Assembly (NCBI GenBank): GCA_002269645.1
Contig: NIVC01004435.1
Coordinates: 1 to 27,741, forward strand
Length of the DNA stretch: 27,741 nucleotides
Origin: Macrostomum lignano
Taxonomy: Eukaryota
Reading direction: 5' to 3'
How positions within the stretch are numbered: position 1 is the first letter of the stretch; each line of letters begins with the position of its first letter. Shown in pieces: positions 9,801-21,071 of the stretch. Below the pieces are notes generated by a model. It searched no databases. It was not told where the DNA came from and worked only from the letters and a program-made list of their open reading frames with translations. A program made the position numbers and the translations under genes.

Positions 9801-12800
9801 CCCAGATCCCGATCCCAGATCCCGATCCCAGATCCCGATCCCAGATCCCGATCCCAGATCCCGATCCCAGATCCCGATCCCAGATCCCGATCCCAGATCC
9901 CGATCCCAGATCCCGATCCCAGATCCCGATCCCAGATCCCGATCCCAGATCCCGATCCCAGATCCCGATCCCAGATCCCGATCCCAGATCCCGATCCCAG
10001 ATCCCGATCCCAGATCCCGATCCCAGATCCCGATCCCAGATCCCGATCCCAGATCCCGATCCCAGATCCCGATCCCAGATCCCGATCCCAGATCCCGATC
10101 CCAGATCCCGATCCCAGATCCCGATCCCAGATCCCGATCCCAGATCCCGATCCCAGATCCCGATCCCAGATCCCGATCCCAGATCCCGATCCCAGATCCC
10201 GATCCCAGATCCCGATCCCAGATCCCGATCCCAGATCCCGATCCCAGATCCCGATCCCAGATCCCGATCCCAGATCCCGATCCCAGATCCCGATCCCAGA
10301 TCCCGATCCCAGATCCCGATCCCAGATCCCGATCCCAGATCCCGATCCCAGATCCCGATCCCAGATCCCGATCCCAGATCCCGATCCCAGATCCCGATCC
10401 CAGATCCCGATCCCAGATCCCGATCCCAGATCCCGATCCCAGATCCCGATCCCAGATCCCGATCCCAGATCCCGATCCCAGATCCCGATCCCAGATCCCG
10501 ATCCCAGATCCCGATCCCAGATCCCGATCCCAGATCCCGATCCCAGATCCCGATCCCAGATCCCGATCCCAGATCCCGATCCCAGATCCCGATCCCAGAT
10601 CCCGATCCCAGATCCCGATCCCAGATCCCGATCCCAGATCCCGATCCCAGATCCCGATCCCAGATCCCGATCCCAGATCCCGATCCCAGATCCCGATCCC
10701 AGATCCCGATCCCAGATCCCGATCCCAGATCCCGATCCCAGATCCCGATCCCAGATCCCGATCCCAGATCCCGATCCCAGATCCCGATCCCAGATCCCGA
10801 TCCCAGATCCCGATCCCAGATCCCGATCCCAGATCCCGATCCCAGATCCCGATCCCAGATCCCGATCCCAGATCCCGATCCCAGATCCCGATCCCAGATC
10901 CCGATCCCAGATCCCGATCCCAGATCCCGATCCCAGATCCCGATCCCAGATCCCGATCCCAGATCCCGATCCCAGATCCCGATCCCAGATCCCGATCCCA
11001 GATCCCGATCCCAGATCCCGATCCCAGATCCCGATCCCAGATCCCGATCCCAGATCCCGATCCCAGATCCCGATCCCAGATCCCGATCCCAGATCCCGAT
11101 CCCAGATCCCGATCCCAGATCCCGATCCCAGATCCCGATCCCAGATCCCGATCCCAGATCCCGATCCCAGATCCCGATCCCAGATCCCGATCCCAGATCC
11201 CGATCCCAGATCCCGATCCCAGATCCCGATCCCAGATCCCGATCCCAGATCCCGATCCCAGATCCCGATCCCAGATCCCGATCCCAGATCCCGATCCCAG
11301 ATCCCGATCCCAGATCCCGATCCCAGATCCCGATCCCAGATCCCGATCCCAGATCCCGATCCCAGATCCCGATCCCAGATCCCGATCCCAGATCCCGATC
11401 CCAGATCCCGATCCCAGATCCCGATCCCAGATCCCGATCCCAGATCCCGATCCCAGATCCCGATCCCAGATCCCGATCCCAGATCCCGATCCCAGATCCC
11501 GATCCCAGATCCCGATCCCAGATCCCGATCCCAGATCCCGATCCCAGATCCCGATCCCAGATCCCGATCCCAGATCCCGATCCCAGATCCCGATCCCAGA
11601 TCCCGATCCCAGATCCCGATCCCAGATCCCGATCCCAGATCCCGATCCCAGATCCCGATCCCAGATCCCGATCCCAGATCCCGATCCCAGATCCCGATCC
11701 CAGATCCCGATCCCAGATCCCGATCCCAGATCCCGATCCCAGATCCCGATCCCAGATCCTGATCCCAGATCCCGATCCCAGATCCCGATCCCAGATCCCG
11801 ATCCCAGATCCCGTATTTGCAACCGGCACTGTTACCATCATGTCGATTTGCAATGCTGCTCAAAATTTGTCCAAAATCCGCAGCAGCGCCCGTGCCGACG
11901 CTGGATGCCACCGACAGCGGCGTAGGGCAGCGCGATACGGCTGTGTCAGAGGTGCGCCGCTCCACTATGTCGCGCATCTTCACGCAGCGCCGTTCCGCGG
12001 TCCCCGCCGCTCCCGCTGCTGCCGCCGCCGTCGCTGCCAACGACGAGTTTCTGGCGCCGATGCCACTGCCTCGCCGACTTCGCGCCGGCACCAACGCCAG
12101 CAGCGAGGACGACCTCACCGAGTCGGATTCTGACTCGGCCGATTCGGACTCTGCGGAGGACAGCGGCTCGCTCGGCAGCGACTTGGGGGTGAGTACCGGC
12201 TGGGGCTGTCACTCAGTTAGTCCGACCTTCCCTGATCTCAAATCCTAGATCCCATGGATCTCTAATCCCAGGTTCTAGGTCTGGTAGATCTGTAATCTTA
12301 GACCCAAGATTCCACAGTTCCTAGATCAGAAATGTCTAAAATCCCAAATCCTAAGTCCTACGATCTCCCATACCATATCCTAGATCCCAGACCCTAGATC
12401 CCATACCATAGATCCCAGACCCTAGATCCCATACCATAGATCACATATCCTAGATCCCATATCCTAGATCCCGTTCCATAGATCACACATCCTTGATCCC
12501 ATACCCTAGATCCCATACCCTAGATCCCATACCATAGATCACATATCCTAGATCCCATATAATAAAATCCTGGTCTCAGCTCCCATACCATTAGGACGGC
12601 CGTTCATGCAGACGGCTGGGAAACTGCTGAGTGCCAGTCTGCAGTCACTCGCTCCTTCGCAGGAAAAAATTATCAGCTGATTTCTGGCTGCACATTTTAA
12701 CTGGCCGGTCCTTATCAACGCAACGGGTCTTCGCCTTATCGCACTTTAGCAATTTGTGCTTAATTAATGCAGCATTAATTGCACCTACTAAACTGGGACA

Positions 12801-14486
12801 ATCAGTGTGTGACTTCTCTCTTGGTTTTCAGGTTTAGGAATTTCTTTCGGCAAAGACATTTCTTATTTACTACTGACACTGTGAGTAGAGCTGGTAGTTC
12901 AACTAAACCCGATCGCTAATAAAATTTAATTTTAGCCAGTTTTCACTTTTGTTTAACTTTTAACTGCGTCATTTCTAGGCCCTAAGAAGTTCAGAGAATT
13001 AAATTTGTATGCGTTAACAATATGTACATTAAACTGACTGTTTATTTGTAAACAAACAAGCATTTATATAGGCTTTTGAAATGGTGAAACTAACGAATAA
13101 AATTTAAATTTGCTGTCCTTCGCGTGAATACCCTTTCTTGAATCTGTCACTGAATCTGCCAGTGGTTGTGTCTGCCTGTCACTGTGTCTGTCACTGAATC
13201 TGTCTGTCACTGTGCCTGTCACTGAATCTGCATGTCACTGAATCTGCATGTCACTGAATCTGCCTGTCACTGAATCTGCCTCTCACTCAGTCTGCATGCC
13301 ACTGAATCTGCATGTCACTGAATCTGCTTGTCACTGAATCTGCCTGTCACTGAATCTGCCTGTCACTGTGTCTGTCACCGAATCTGCCTGTCACTGAATC
13401 TGCCTGTCACTGTGTCTGTCACCGAATCTGTCTGTCACTGAATCTGCATGCCACTGAATCTGCATGCCACTGAATCTGCCTGTCACTGAATCTGCCTGTC
13501 ACTGTGCCTGTCACTGAATCTGCCTATCACTGTGCCTGTCACTGAATCTGCCTCTCACTCAGTCTGCATGCCACTGAATCTGCATGCCACTGAATCTGCA
13601 TGCCACTGAATCTGCCTGTCACTGAATCTGCCTGTCACTGTGCCTGTCACTGAATCTGCCTATCACTGTGCCTGTCACTGAATCTGCATGTCATTGAATC
13701 TGCATGTCACTGTGTCTGTCACTAAATCTGCATGTCACAGAATCTGCCTGTCACTGAATCTGACTGTCACTGAATCTGCATGCCACTGAATCTGCCTATC
13801 ACTGTGTCTGTCACTAAATCTGCATGTCACTGTGTCTGTCACTAAATCTGCATGTCACAGAATCTGCATGTCACAGAATCTGCTTGTCACTGAATCTGCA
13901 TGTCACTGAATCTGCATGTCACTGAATCTGCATGTCACTAAATCTGCCTGTCACTGAATCTGCCTGTCACTGAATCTGCCTGTCACTGAATCTGCATGCC
14001 ACTGAATCTGCCTGTCACTGAATCTGCCTGTCACTTAATCTGCCTGTCACTTAATCTGCCTGTCACTGAATCTGCCTGTCACTGAATCTGCCTGTCACTG
14101 AATCTGCATGTCGCTGAATCTGCCTGTCACTGAATCTGCATGTCACTGAATCTGTCACAGAATCTGCCAAAGAATCTGCCTTCGAAGATATTTTTGACTC
14201 TAATTAGTCTTTTCTATCTACAAAATAACTGCAGTAGCCACCGTCCCTGTACATTCTTGTTATGCGATACTACTAACAAACAGTGTGGGCAGTAGTCGTA
14301 TAGGTTTACTTACGCGGTTTCAAACGCTTCCCCCGATGCCACCCGCAGCGGCTGGGCTACGCGCAGCTAGACTTCAAGCCGAGGCTGCAGGCGGATTGGC
14401 ATGGCGGGACTCGCGGCCAGCAGCGCGGGCCCGCTACTGTGGAGTACACCGAGCTGGCCCGGCCTCTGGGCACCTCGCACAAGTGA
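6751..14486 (+). CDS. gab: GAB/DOS-family docking protein (PH domain, YxxP and Pro-rich region, SHP2-binding tail). join(6751-6870,6950-7382,8646-9005,11884-12188,14349-14486), 1356 nt, 451 aa
   Basis: PH domain GWMLKSPP..RWRRRFFVL..LLYYKN..IDL..RTYFF..MENWARSI..CG, resembling GAB1/DOS. All four introns are GT-AG with compatible phases (0,1,1,0). The C-terminus carries YAQLDF and VEYTEL tandem tyrosine motifs. Additional small exons cannot be excluded. Confidence 0.88.
6950..7382 (+). CDS. gab: GAB/DOS-like exon 2 (PH domain body)
   Basis: Acceptor TCTCAACAG ends at 6949; reads RWRRRFFVL...NWARSISLACG; donor GTTAGT at 7383 (phase 1). Confidence 0.88.
7486..8480. repeat. 25-bp minisatellite (GTGAGTGCYTGTCTGYGGCGCCAAA)n, about 41 units, in GAB intron 2
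   Basis: The 25-bp period is directly visible; two 21-bp variant units lie near 7936-8000. Confidence 0.97.
8461..8572 (-). mobile_element. Inverted arm of the same MITE-like family as 20577-20823, contiguous with the 25-bp array
   Basis: CTGCGGCGCTAAAATGAGTGCT...TGTAAGATTCTTGGCTTCGTCCCCCACCACCATAAAATATGTGGC aligns by eye with the reverse complement of 20577-20690 (CTGCGGCGCAAAAATGAGCGCT...TGTAAAATTCTTGGCTTGTCCCCCCACCATAAAATCCATGTGCGC). Confidence 0.75.
8646..9005 (+). CDS. gab: GAB/DOS-like exon 3 (YxxP and Pro-rich)
   Basis: Acceptor CTCATCCCCAG ends at 8645; contains YKLP, YGVP, YRVP, YGTP and PPPRK; donor G/GTAAG at 9006. Confidence 0.85.
9075..9245. repeat. Degenerate GATCCCACAC-type low-complexity repeat
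   Basis: Repeated GATCCCAC/AATCCCAC motifs at the start of GAB intron 3. Confidence 0.7.
9553..11812. repeat. Near-perfect 13-bp tandem array (GATCCCAGATCCC)n, about 2.26 kb and about 174 units, in GAB intron 3
   Basis: Alternating GATCCCA and GATCCC sub-units; variants are seen only near the ends (about 9575-9600 and 11760). Confidence 0.99.
11884..12188 (+). CDS. gab: GAB/DOS-like exon 4 (Ala-rich and acidic Ser-rich)
   Basis: CAGCAG acceptor at 11881-11886, in frame with track ORF 11817..12248; donor GTGAGT at 12189 (phase 0). Confidence 0.8.
12240..12560. repeat. Degenerate (CCTAGATCCCATA)-type repeat in GAB intron 4
   Basis: Multiple TAGATCCCATAC/TAGATCACATAT units. Confidence 0.85.
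13135..14180. repeat. 16-bp minisatellite (TGTCACTGAATCTGCM)n with 12-bp TGTCACTGTGYC variants, in GAB intron 4
   Basis: The 16-bp period is visible, for example TCACTGAATC at 13951 and 13967. Confidence 0.96.
14349..14486 (+). CDS. gab: GAB/DOS-like terminal exon (absent from the ORF track)
   Basis: Acceptor CCACCCGCAG ends at 14348; reads RLGYAQLDFKPRLQADWHGGTRGQQRGPATVEYTELARPLGTSHK with TGA at 14484-14486. Confidence 0.85.
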   Translation, partial: RLGYAQLDFKPRLQADWHGGTRGQQRGPATVEYTELARPLGTSHK

Positions 14487-14700
14487 TTGACAGACTGTTA
14501 ATTGGGGTCCCCACTTCTTCGATTTGCAGCCTGCAGAGAACCTAAACGGGGGCTTTTTGGGTCAAGATAATTTTTTTTGACAGACAATAAGCTTCATCAA
14601 CTTTGCTAGCTCGAATCATCACAAGCTCAAGTTTTTAGATTTGTCCACATCTTGCGGTCTGCGCAGAAGTAGGAATTTTTTATAATGTCAAGTTTATGTT

Positions 14701-15031
14701 GCTGTTAGTTTGAGATGCTGTGAGTTTGAGATGCTGTGAGTTTGTGATGCTGTGAGTTTGAGATGCTGTGAGTTTGAGATGCTGTGAGCTTGTGATGCTG
14801 TGAGTTTGAGATGCTGTGAGTTTGAGATGCTGTGAATTTGAGATGTTGCGAGTTTGAGGTGGTTTGAGTTTGTGATGCTGTGAGTTTGAGATGATTTGAG
14901 TTTGAGATGCTGTGAGTTTGAGATGCTGTGAGTTTGAGATGATTTGAGTTTGAGATGCTGTGAGTTTGAGATGCTGTGAGTTTGTGATGATTTGAGTTTG
15001 AGATGTTGCGAGTTTGAGGTGGTTTGAGTTT
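14701..15031. repeat. 16-bp minisatellite (GATGCTGTGAGTTTGW)n, first array
   Basis: Tandem units directly visible. Confidence 0.95.
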
Positions 15032-16241
15032 GCTAAAAGTCAAAATCGAAGGCTGGGTCGGCCATCTCGAATGGGTCGCTGCAGTTGTGCTCAGCAAAAT
15101 TGAGGACATCTGCGTGGAGTTTTATGTGCCTGCTAGCTCTGCTGGTGTCAATGTTGTGGAAGTGACTCAGGTCTGCTTTCCCAGTAATTTCCTCTATCAC
15201 TAATTATTTTCAATTTTTAAACAAGTTGTGTAAAGTGAAGTGCAGAAATCTTCGTTATTTTTTATCCATTGATTTAATCGGACCGTTTTGTGTTTGTCTG
15301 TCTGCTTGTTCGCCAATGAGAATCTTCGTTCAATCTCCCATGAGAACTGCTAATCCCCGTACCAATAATATTCTTGGTTCAACTGATGCACTTACAGTGT
15401 GTGATCTTATGCGGATGGCAATTATATATTTATTGAAGCTCAGATGGTGCACAGCACTCCACCCTGTGCTGCCTTGTAATTTTCCTAGTTACATGCGGGC
15501 TTGTGCTTCCGCTGCCACTTTTAGTAGCATCATGCGTTCGTGTTTGCTAAAACTTCTACCGTTAAATTTTTCTCGTGACTATCGATAAATCCAGAACTCA
15601 CAGATTGGTGCTACAGTTATAAAATGTGCAGTTTTTGCTAATTTTGCTTGTTTCTACTTTCAATAGTGCCCAACGCTTTTTGAATCTTGTCTTCCGCTAG
15701 AAGTACTAATCTGCTTTTTCTGCTTTTCAGGCTCGATCAATCGAAGTTTTTAAATACATAGAATTGCAGGCAGTAGACCTGTCTCTGAATGATTTGATGC
15801 TCTCGGGGCAAAACCACTTTTAATGTGCTGATTTACCTGGGCAGGTAGAATTAATTGAATTTATGGGATTTTGGGTGTTTTAATTGCAAACAGGAAAAAC
15901 TTCGGGATGTTTGGCAGGCTTCCGCCTTCCGTTTCTTCCCTGTCTCCCTGCCTGCTTCAATATCCCCATCGTCCGACTCTTTTGCCAGAATATCCCTCAT
16001 TTCCCCGCCCGCTGAGCAGCAGAAACTGAAATTCGAGCTCGCAGAGCAGCTTGAGGAAGCACAGCTGCTCATCAATGCTCGCCTTGCAGACTCTGTCTCA
16101 TCTCACCCATCTCACCCTATTTCCACCCCGTCTAATCTCGTCTGATTTAATCTCATCCCTTTCAATCCGATTGCATCCATGCAGTTCTCCATTCTTACGT
16201 GGGACGGAGCTGCTCAGCTCGGTGGCAAATGTTTCTGACTC

Positions 16242-16418
16242 GAGTTTGTGATGCTGTGAGTTTGTGATGCTGTGAGTTTGTGATGCTGTGAGTTTGTGAT
16301 GCTGTGAGTTTGTGATGATGTGAGTCTGTGATGCTGTGAGTTTGAGATGCTGTGAGTTTGAGATGATTTGAGTTTGAGATGCTGTGAGTCTGTGATGCTG
16401 TGAGTTTGAGATGATTTG
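16242..16418. repeat. 16-bp minisatellite (GATGCTGTGAGTTTGW)n, second array of the same family
   Basis: Same unit and orientation as 14701-15031. Confidence 0.95.
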
Positions 16419-16597
16419 ATCCCACCCCATTTTATATCACCCTATCTCATCCCACCCCATCTCATCCCACCCCATCTCATCCCACCCCATCTCATCCCAC
16501 CCCATCTCATCCCACCCCATCTCATCCCACCCCATCTCATCCCACCCCATCTCATCCCACCCCATTTCATCCCACCCCATCTCATCCCACCCCATCT
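16418..16597. repeat. 15-bp minisatellite (CTCATCCCACCCCAT)n, about 12 units
   Basis: Tandem units; source of the IPPHL ORF artefact. Confidence 0.95.
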
Positions 16598-17228
16598 TTC
16601 CGAGCTTAGCCGAGGTCCCAGACTGCCTTGCGTTGCGATTTCATCCCAATGCAGTTTTCTCTTCCGTTTGCAAAAGCCGTCTGCTTCTCCTCCTCTTCCT
16701 TGTCACTCCGGACTTTCTGCTTCTGCAACAATCGGCAGCGCCCGCGCCTGCTAAAGCAAACTTGCGAAACGGGGGCTGAAACAAGCCCTAACCGGCCGCT
16801 CTCCCTAACCTCCCACTCAGTACACTGCTGCAAGCATTCCCGGCTGTCACAGCCTCATTTCCCATCTCCCTCTCCTCCCCTCAAACCGCCCCCTCCCCAA
16901 ATTTTATTATCGATCGGTTTCAGCAGCGCGAAACAATGGGGGGAGCGCAGTGCCGATGCTGAGCTCCCGACCTTGCGCGCGCGTAGCAGTTCTGTGAGGC
17001 CGTGTGGGACAGAGCGGGGGTCTCCTATGGGAGGCTTAGCGAAGACAGACGGAGAGGCGGCGTGTCAGACAGACAGTGAGTGTCAAGAGAGACTGAGAGG
17101 CACAGGCTGACGGCACCGGCCTTCTCATTGCGGCCGTCTCAGTGCTGGATGGGGAATTCTGCATGCATGCAGCTGGTAGGAAAAGCGAGTCACTTTGCAC
17201 TCTGCCCTGAAGGCATCCACCGACGTTT

Positions 17229-17643
17229 TGCGCCCTTTGCACAGTTCTTGGCGCCCCTTGCACGGTTCTTGGAGCTCCTTGCACGGTTCTTGGCGCCCCT
17301 TGCACGGTTCTTGGAGCTCCTTGCACGGTTCTTGGCGCCCCTTGCACGGTTCTTGGAGCTCCTTGCACGGTTCTTGGAGCTCCTTGCACGGTTCTTGGAG
17401 CTCCTTGCACGGTTCTTGGAGCTCCTTGCACGGTTCTTGGAGCTCCTTGCACGGTTCTTGGAGCTCCTTGCACGGTTCTTGGAGCTCCTTGCACGGTTCT
17501 TGGCGCCCCTTGCACGGTTCTTGGCACCCCTTGCACAGTTCTTGGCGCGGCGCTCTTTGCATGGTTCTTGGCGCCCCTTGCAGGGTTCTTGGCGCCCCTT
17601 GCATAGTTCTTGGCGCCCCTTGCACAGTTTTTAGCGCCCCTTG
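17229..17643. repeat. 21-bp minisatellite (CTTGCACGGTTCTTGGMGCYC)n, about 19 units
   Basis: Two unit variants, ending GAGCTC or GCGCCC. Confidence 0.96.
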
Positions 17644-20576
17644 CCTACTTGCTTGTGAATTGCATATCCTTTTCAGTGGTAAGAATTACAGTAGTAACTC
17701 GCGAGCTTTTTGCGGCTTCAATTTTCTTCTTATCCGTCTCCCCCCCCCCGTCATTCAAGTCAAGAGTGTTCCGCAGCACCTGCTGCTACTCTTTGCTGAG
17801 CTAATTTGAAGCATGCATTTTGTTTTTTGTGACTACGTAATAACAGACTATGGAGCTTGAGGTTGAGCCCGAGTGCCGCTAGAGGGAGGTGCGTTTTACC
17901 TGCGTGGCCTAGGCGGCTGCATCAGGTGCCCCCCCCCCCCTATCTCTCATTCTGTCTCTTCCCTTTTTTCATTCCTCACTGTTTTGCTCAGATTAGCCTA
18001 TAGCAAGGTCCTCAGCTTCCCAGGTACCCCCCATTGTTCTGCCTCCGTTTCGGCTGCTTCAAGCTGCTGCTGCTGCGGATGCGACTGCAACGGCAGAGTG
18101 GAACTGCTTCACTGATTTGAAGGCAGCCGCAACAGCCGGAGCGCCTGCAGCTGGATTGTGAGACTGCCTCCGCATAGCAGTTGCACATTAGAGGGAAAAT
18201 TGAGCAGGTGATGACTTGCCACAGTTCTGTCCCTGCTCTGGCCTCTGTTCCTTTCCCTCTCCTCAGCCTCTTGTTCACGGGAAACAGGGAAACACGCGGA
18301 CTGAAGGGAAGGGATGAGACCGACTCATGCAGGCCTGCTAGTCAGCCCACCTCAGCCTCAACTCTGCCTTATTTTTCTCCATCCCTCTCTCTCTATTCCA
18401 GTTCATCCTTTAAAAATGCTTCCCTTTCAATGCCCGGAACACGGGGACTCGCCCACTTTTTCTCTTCACAAAACTCAATGGCGCGCAGAGCAGGAGGCAG
18501 GGAGAGGGAGGGGTTGCAAATATCGATCGATTCCGTCTAGAACCCACCGCCTTGCGAGGGCAGCGTAGCGCGCTGAAGTCGCGCTGTGGCCCGTGTGCTC
18601 TGTTGGGACTGCATCCCTGGCAGCGCAATACTGCTTTGACAGTTGTTGCTTGTCAGACTTGGGAAGCTGCAGGATCGTAACTCTCCTTCCGGCCCTGTTC
18701 TGCACCCAGGTACACTTATCAGCTCAGGTGTCGCGGAGTGGATGCAAACTTATGAAAATTTTAAATCCCAACAAATTTCATTATTGTAATCTTGCAATTG
18801 TAAAAACAGCAACAATTCAACTCCGAGCTGCAGTGAATGGGTTTTACAAATGATATTATAAGCATTGGAATTTGTTATGCAGAGTTGATCGTTCATGCTT
18901 TGTTCAGTTGACGCAGTGCCGAAAGCCCTGCGAATTGGTTTGCGAAACTACAAGTACAAAATCGCGCTGACGTACATGTATAAGATATTCCATGGGTTTG
19001 AGGTCGGTATGAGATTCAACTAAGTACAAATCGCTTGCAGTTAAACTGATGCTGACGAATTTAGAGCGACAATATACTGCCTTTGATTCCATAGACAAAA
19101 TGACTGCATGGCTACCAAAGCATCAGGCCAAGAAGACTGGCAGTGCTTCCTCCCTAACAGTGCCATTCTTCATCTGCTCTCACATTCCAGTTCCTATCTC
19201 CGCTTTGACAATGGGGGCCTCAGGGAAGGCAAGCCTTCAGAGCAAATGACTGCGGCGCTAAGTGGGCTGGGCTAGCTGGCGCCTGCACGTTGACATTCAG
19301 AGAGGATTTTGAGCGCGCACTACCCCCTACATTGCTCTCCCGCGTCCGCGCAGACCTAGTCATCCTTCTCATCCCCACTCCCCTGCCTTCACTCCCTTTA
19401 CCTGCGCCAAAAGGCTTGGCCACACCTGGCCTCCCTACCCACTATTGCGTGTGCGATGCCCCGTTCCCCTTTCCCTCCCTCCCACGTCATCGCCCCATGG
19501 CCTTCGTCCTCGCATTGAGAATAGGGGAATTGGAGAACACCTGGACGAGCCTCATTGGCTGGGGACCCTTCAAAGCAATTCCTCCTCTAAGTACTGTATG
19601 GAGAGGGTTTGTGCGCGCAGGGGTCCCAGGCTCCTCTATATAACTAAAGGGAATAATGGCGCGAGAAGAGAGAGGCATGTGAGCTGGCCCTGTGTTCACT
19701 GGTTGGTGAGTCGCGCTCTAACATTGCTTAGAGTTCACACACGCTCAGAGTTCAGCTCGGTAAGTAGTTTATCCGGCAACTGCGCCCTTTATCACCCCAA
19801 TACTGAACCGGGCCTCAATCCGACCTGGAAGACTAGTGATTTGTTGTCCCGATTGTAGGCATTCGCTTGCCAGCAGCCGCAGCCTCTAGGCTTGTTGCTC
19901 CGGGTTCCAGTGGCTCTGGCAAGCGTGACTCGCCTGACAACCTATCACTGGCTTCCACGTCTGAGACCTCTGCTCATCGAACTTGCATTGTCTTTCTTTA
20001 TTCGCTCCGAGCAGTTACAATGATGTTGCCTGCCATCCGAAACAAGGGTCTGTTTGTTGTATTGCTTTTAGGAAAAAATTTACATGGTTTCAGTTCACTC
20101 CCTTATTTAAATCTTCATAAACGTTGTGCTGCATCTGAGCTGCATACCCACGCTATGCAGTATTGAAATATACAGAAAGCGAAATTAATCGCGAATAAAC
20201 GTGTTTTATGATTTCATGACGTTCACAAGCTCTGCCTTCCCCGTTCTTTGCATGCTATAGTCGGGTTGGTGCTTCAGTTGTACGCGTAGCTCGTAAATGT
20301 GTATAAAGTTAACAATCCGAAATGCTGAATTTCAAGTAAAATACGGCATTGTTTTATTTGTATGTCTACTGCCAGTAGAATAACAGGAGTTTCGTACAAA
20401 GAAATCAAACACAAACATTTTGCATGCAAGCAATATCTTTCACAAATACTCGTAAAGTAAGTCTTGGATAGTATATATAGTATGCTTACATTATGAAGTT
20501 GTAAATTTAGGGACAGTTTTCTGACTGACAGCAAGCGAATTTTGACGTGTGCGCAGAAAAAAGGCACATGCAAGGA

Positions 20577-20823
20577 CAGGGGCGTCGCGCACATGGATTT
20601 TATGGTGGGGGGACAAGCCAAGAATTTTACATATACATGTACAATACTTTGAGAATGTGTTTTCAGCGCTCATTTTTGCGCCGCAGGCACTCACTTTGGT
20701 GTCGCAGCCACTAATTTTGGCGCCCGCGGTGAGGGAAGACAAAGCATTGGCATGCCCCCCATATAGCTTCTACTGGGAGGGGGCACATGACCCCCCTGGC
20801 TCCCCCCTGTGGCGACGTCCCTG
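20577..20823. mobile_element. MITE-like element, 247 bp, with imperfect 16-17 bp terminal inverted repeats
   Basis: Left end CAGGGGCGTCGCGCACA (20577-20593); right end TGTGGCGACGTCCCTG (20808-20823; reverse complement CAGGGACGTCGCCACA). No coding capacity. A related partial copy lies at 8461-8572. No TSD is evident. Confidence 0.65.
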
Positions 20824-21071
20824 TGTGCTTTGAGTTTCATTTTCATATTTTTTTGTTTTATTTCATAAGCCTAATAAGCAAAAGTTGTAAATACGAGCCT
20901 CAGTGAGCTTCTTGTTTTGTTCCTAAATCAAAGTACGAGCAATATTTGTACAAAAAAATATTGCATGCAGGCACTCTTAGCTTTAAGCAAGGCCTTAGCT
21001 TAAAAATGATAGCTTTTCAAAGACTAGGTCAACAACAATATGAAAAATATGAGCGTAATATTGGTAAGCAT

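Noticed and set aside
9524-12118. Three 762-864 aa minus-strand ORFs (GSGSGIGIWDRDL)n
   Set aside because: These translate a stop-free 13-mer in all three frames. The segment is a GAB intron on the opposite strand, and there is no independent sign of coding.
17036-17809. ORFs such as (QGAPRTV)n and (ARFLELL)n
   Set aside because: Translations of the 21-bp array, open in multiple frames on both strands.
20570-20830. Target-site duplication and superfamily assignment for the MITE-like element
   Set aside because: The flanks (..GCAAGGA and TGTGCTT..) show no duplication, so no superfamily is called.
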